Below, one piece after another: positions 63,954 through 64,000 of a DNA stretch of 64,000 nucleotides. Origin of the DNA: Minisyncoccota bacterium (GTDB lineage Bacteria > Patescibacteriota > Minisyncoccia > Phycocordibacterales > WO2-35-19); NCBI GenBank assembly GCA_041664625.1, contig JBAYKK010000002.1, forward strand, positions 7,755-71,754. Reading direction: 5' to 3'. Made by a program: the position numbers and the translations under genes. The notes below the pieces were generated by a model. That model saw only the letters and a program-made list of their open reading frames with translations, did not search any database and had not been told where the DNA came from. How positions within the stretch are numbered: the first letter of the stretch is position 1; each line of letters opens with the position of its first letter.

Positions 63954-64000
63954 AACCTCAGCTTTTTGTGATAGTATTTTGGTATGAAAACACCAAATGA

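Overview
This 64 kb window is AT-rich and gene-dense. It looks like a Candidate Phyla Radiation (Patescibacteria/Parcubacteria-like) bacterium. The evidence is fragmented ribosomal-protein operons with no L30 between S5 and L15 and no L1 after L11, terminal extensions on S5/S10/S19, a large type IV pilus locus with many pseudopilins, and two dense families of small palindromic repeats. Nothing was computed; all calls are by reading motifs.

Housekeeping content:
- Partial smpB at the window start, then ftsH, a pilin-like gene, tRNA-Ile(UAU) and recG.
- tRNA-Ser(GCU), then S14-S8-L6-L18-S5-L15-secY-adk-map, followed by rdgB and ndk.
- A beta-CASP metallo-beta-lactamase ribonuclease, then rny, clpP, tig and nusA on the minus strand.
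- A 1250-aa low-complexity surface protein, then tuf-rpsJ and secE-nusG-rplK.
- glyA, a DnaQ-like exonuclease, argS, and S19-L22-S3-L16-L29-S17-L14-L24-L5.
- msrB, comFC, and a complete pilus block (pilM/N/O, pilB, a REC domain, pilT, pilC, two pilins, pilD and four minor pilins).

Accessory or unusual content:
- A family of roughly 67-71 bp palindromic MITE-like elements (7 copies). Most carry flanking direct repeats, two sit inside the first codons of pilM and pilD, and several abut TTGAC -35 boxes. Stem-preserving compensatory changes occur between copies.
- A second family of 'CCTCACCCC...CCCCTCTC-loop-GAGAGGGG' hairpin repeats (9 copies). Most lie between r-protein genes and one lies in-frame inside the beta-CASP gene.
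- A complete LexA repressor (with self-cleavage site and Ser/Lys dyad) fused to a C5-cytosine DNA methyltransferase, convergent with an AT-rich candidate restriction endonuclease.
- A GC-enriched three-gene island: a ParB/Srx-like protein, a dCMP deaminase, and an unknown domain fused to a ThyA-family domain. It sits next to glyA and ends in its own terminator.
- A Panacea-domain antitoxin with a RelE/ParE-like toxin.
- An ArsR-like gene bracketed by inverted 28-bp palindromes.
- An HTH-GHKL-DUF4325 regulator with an operator-like palindrome abutting its start codon.
- A perfect 50-bp palindrome over another gene's start.
- A 67-bp perfect tandem repeat.
- A GC-rich structured non-coding region, and a promoter-leader-terminator unit upstream of a membrane-protein gene.
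- Heptanucleotide tandem repeats in the leader-peptide coding regions of consecutive minor-pilin genes, which could drive phase variation.
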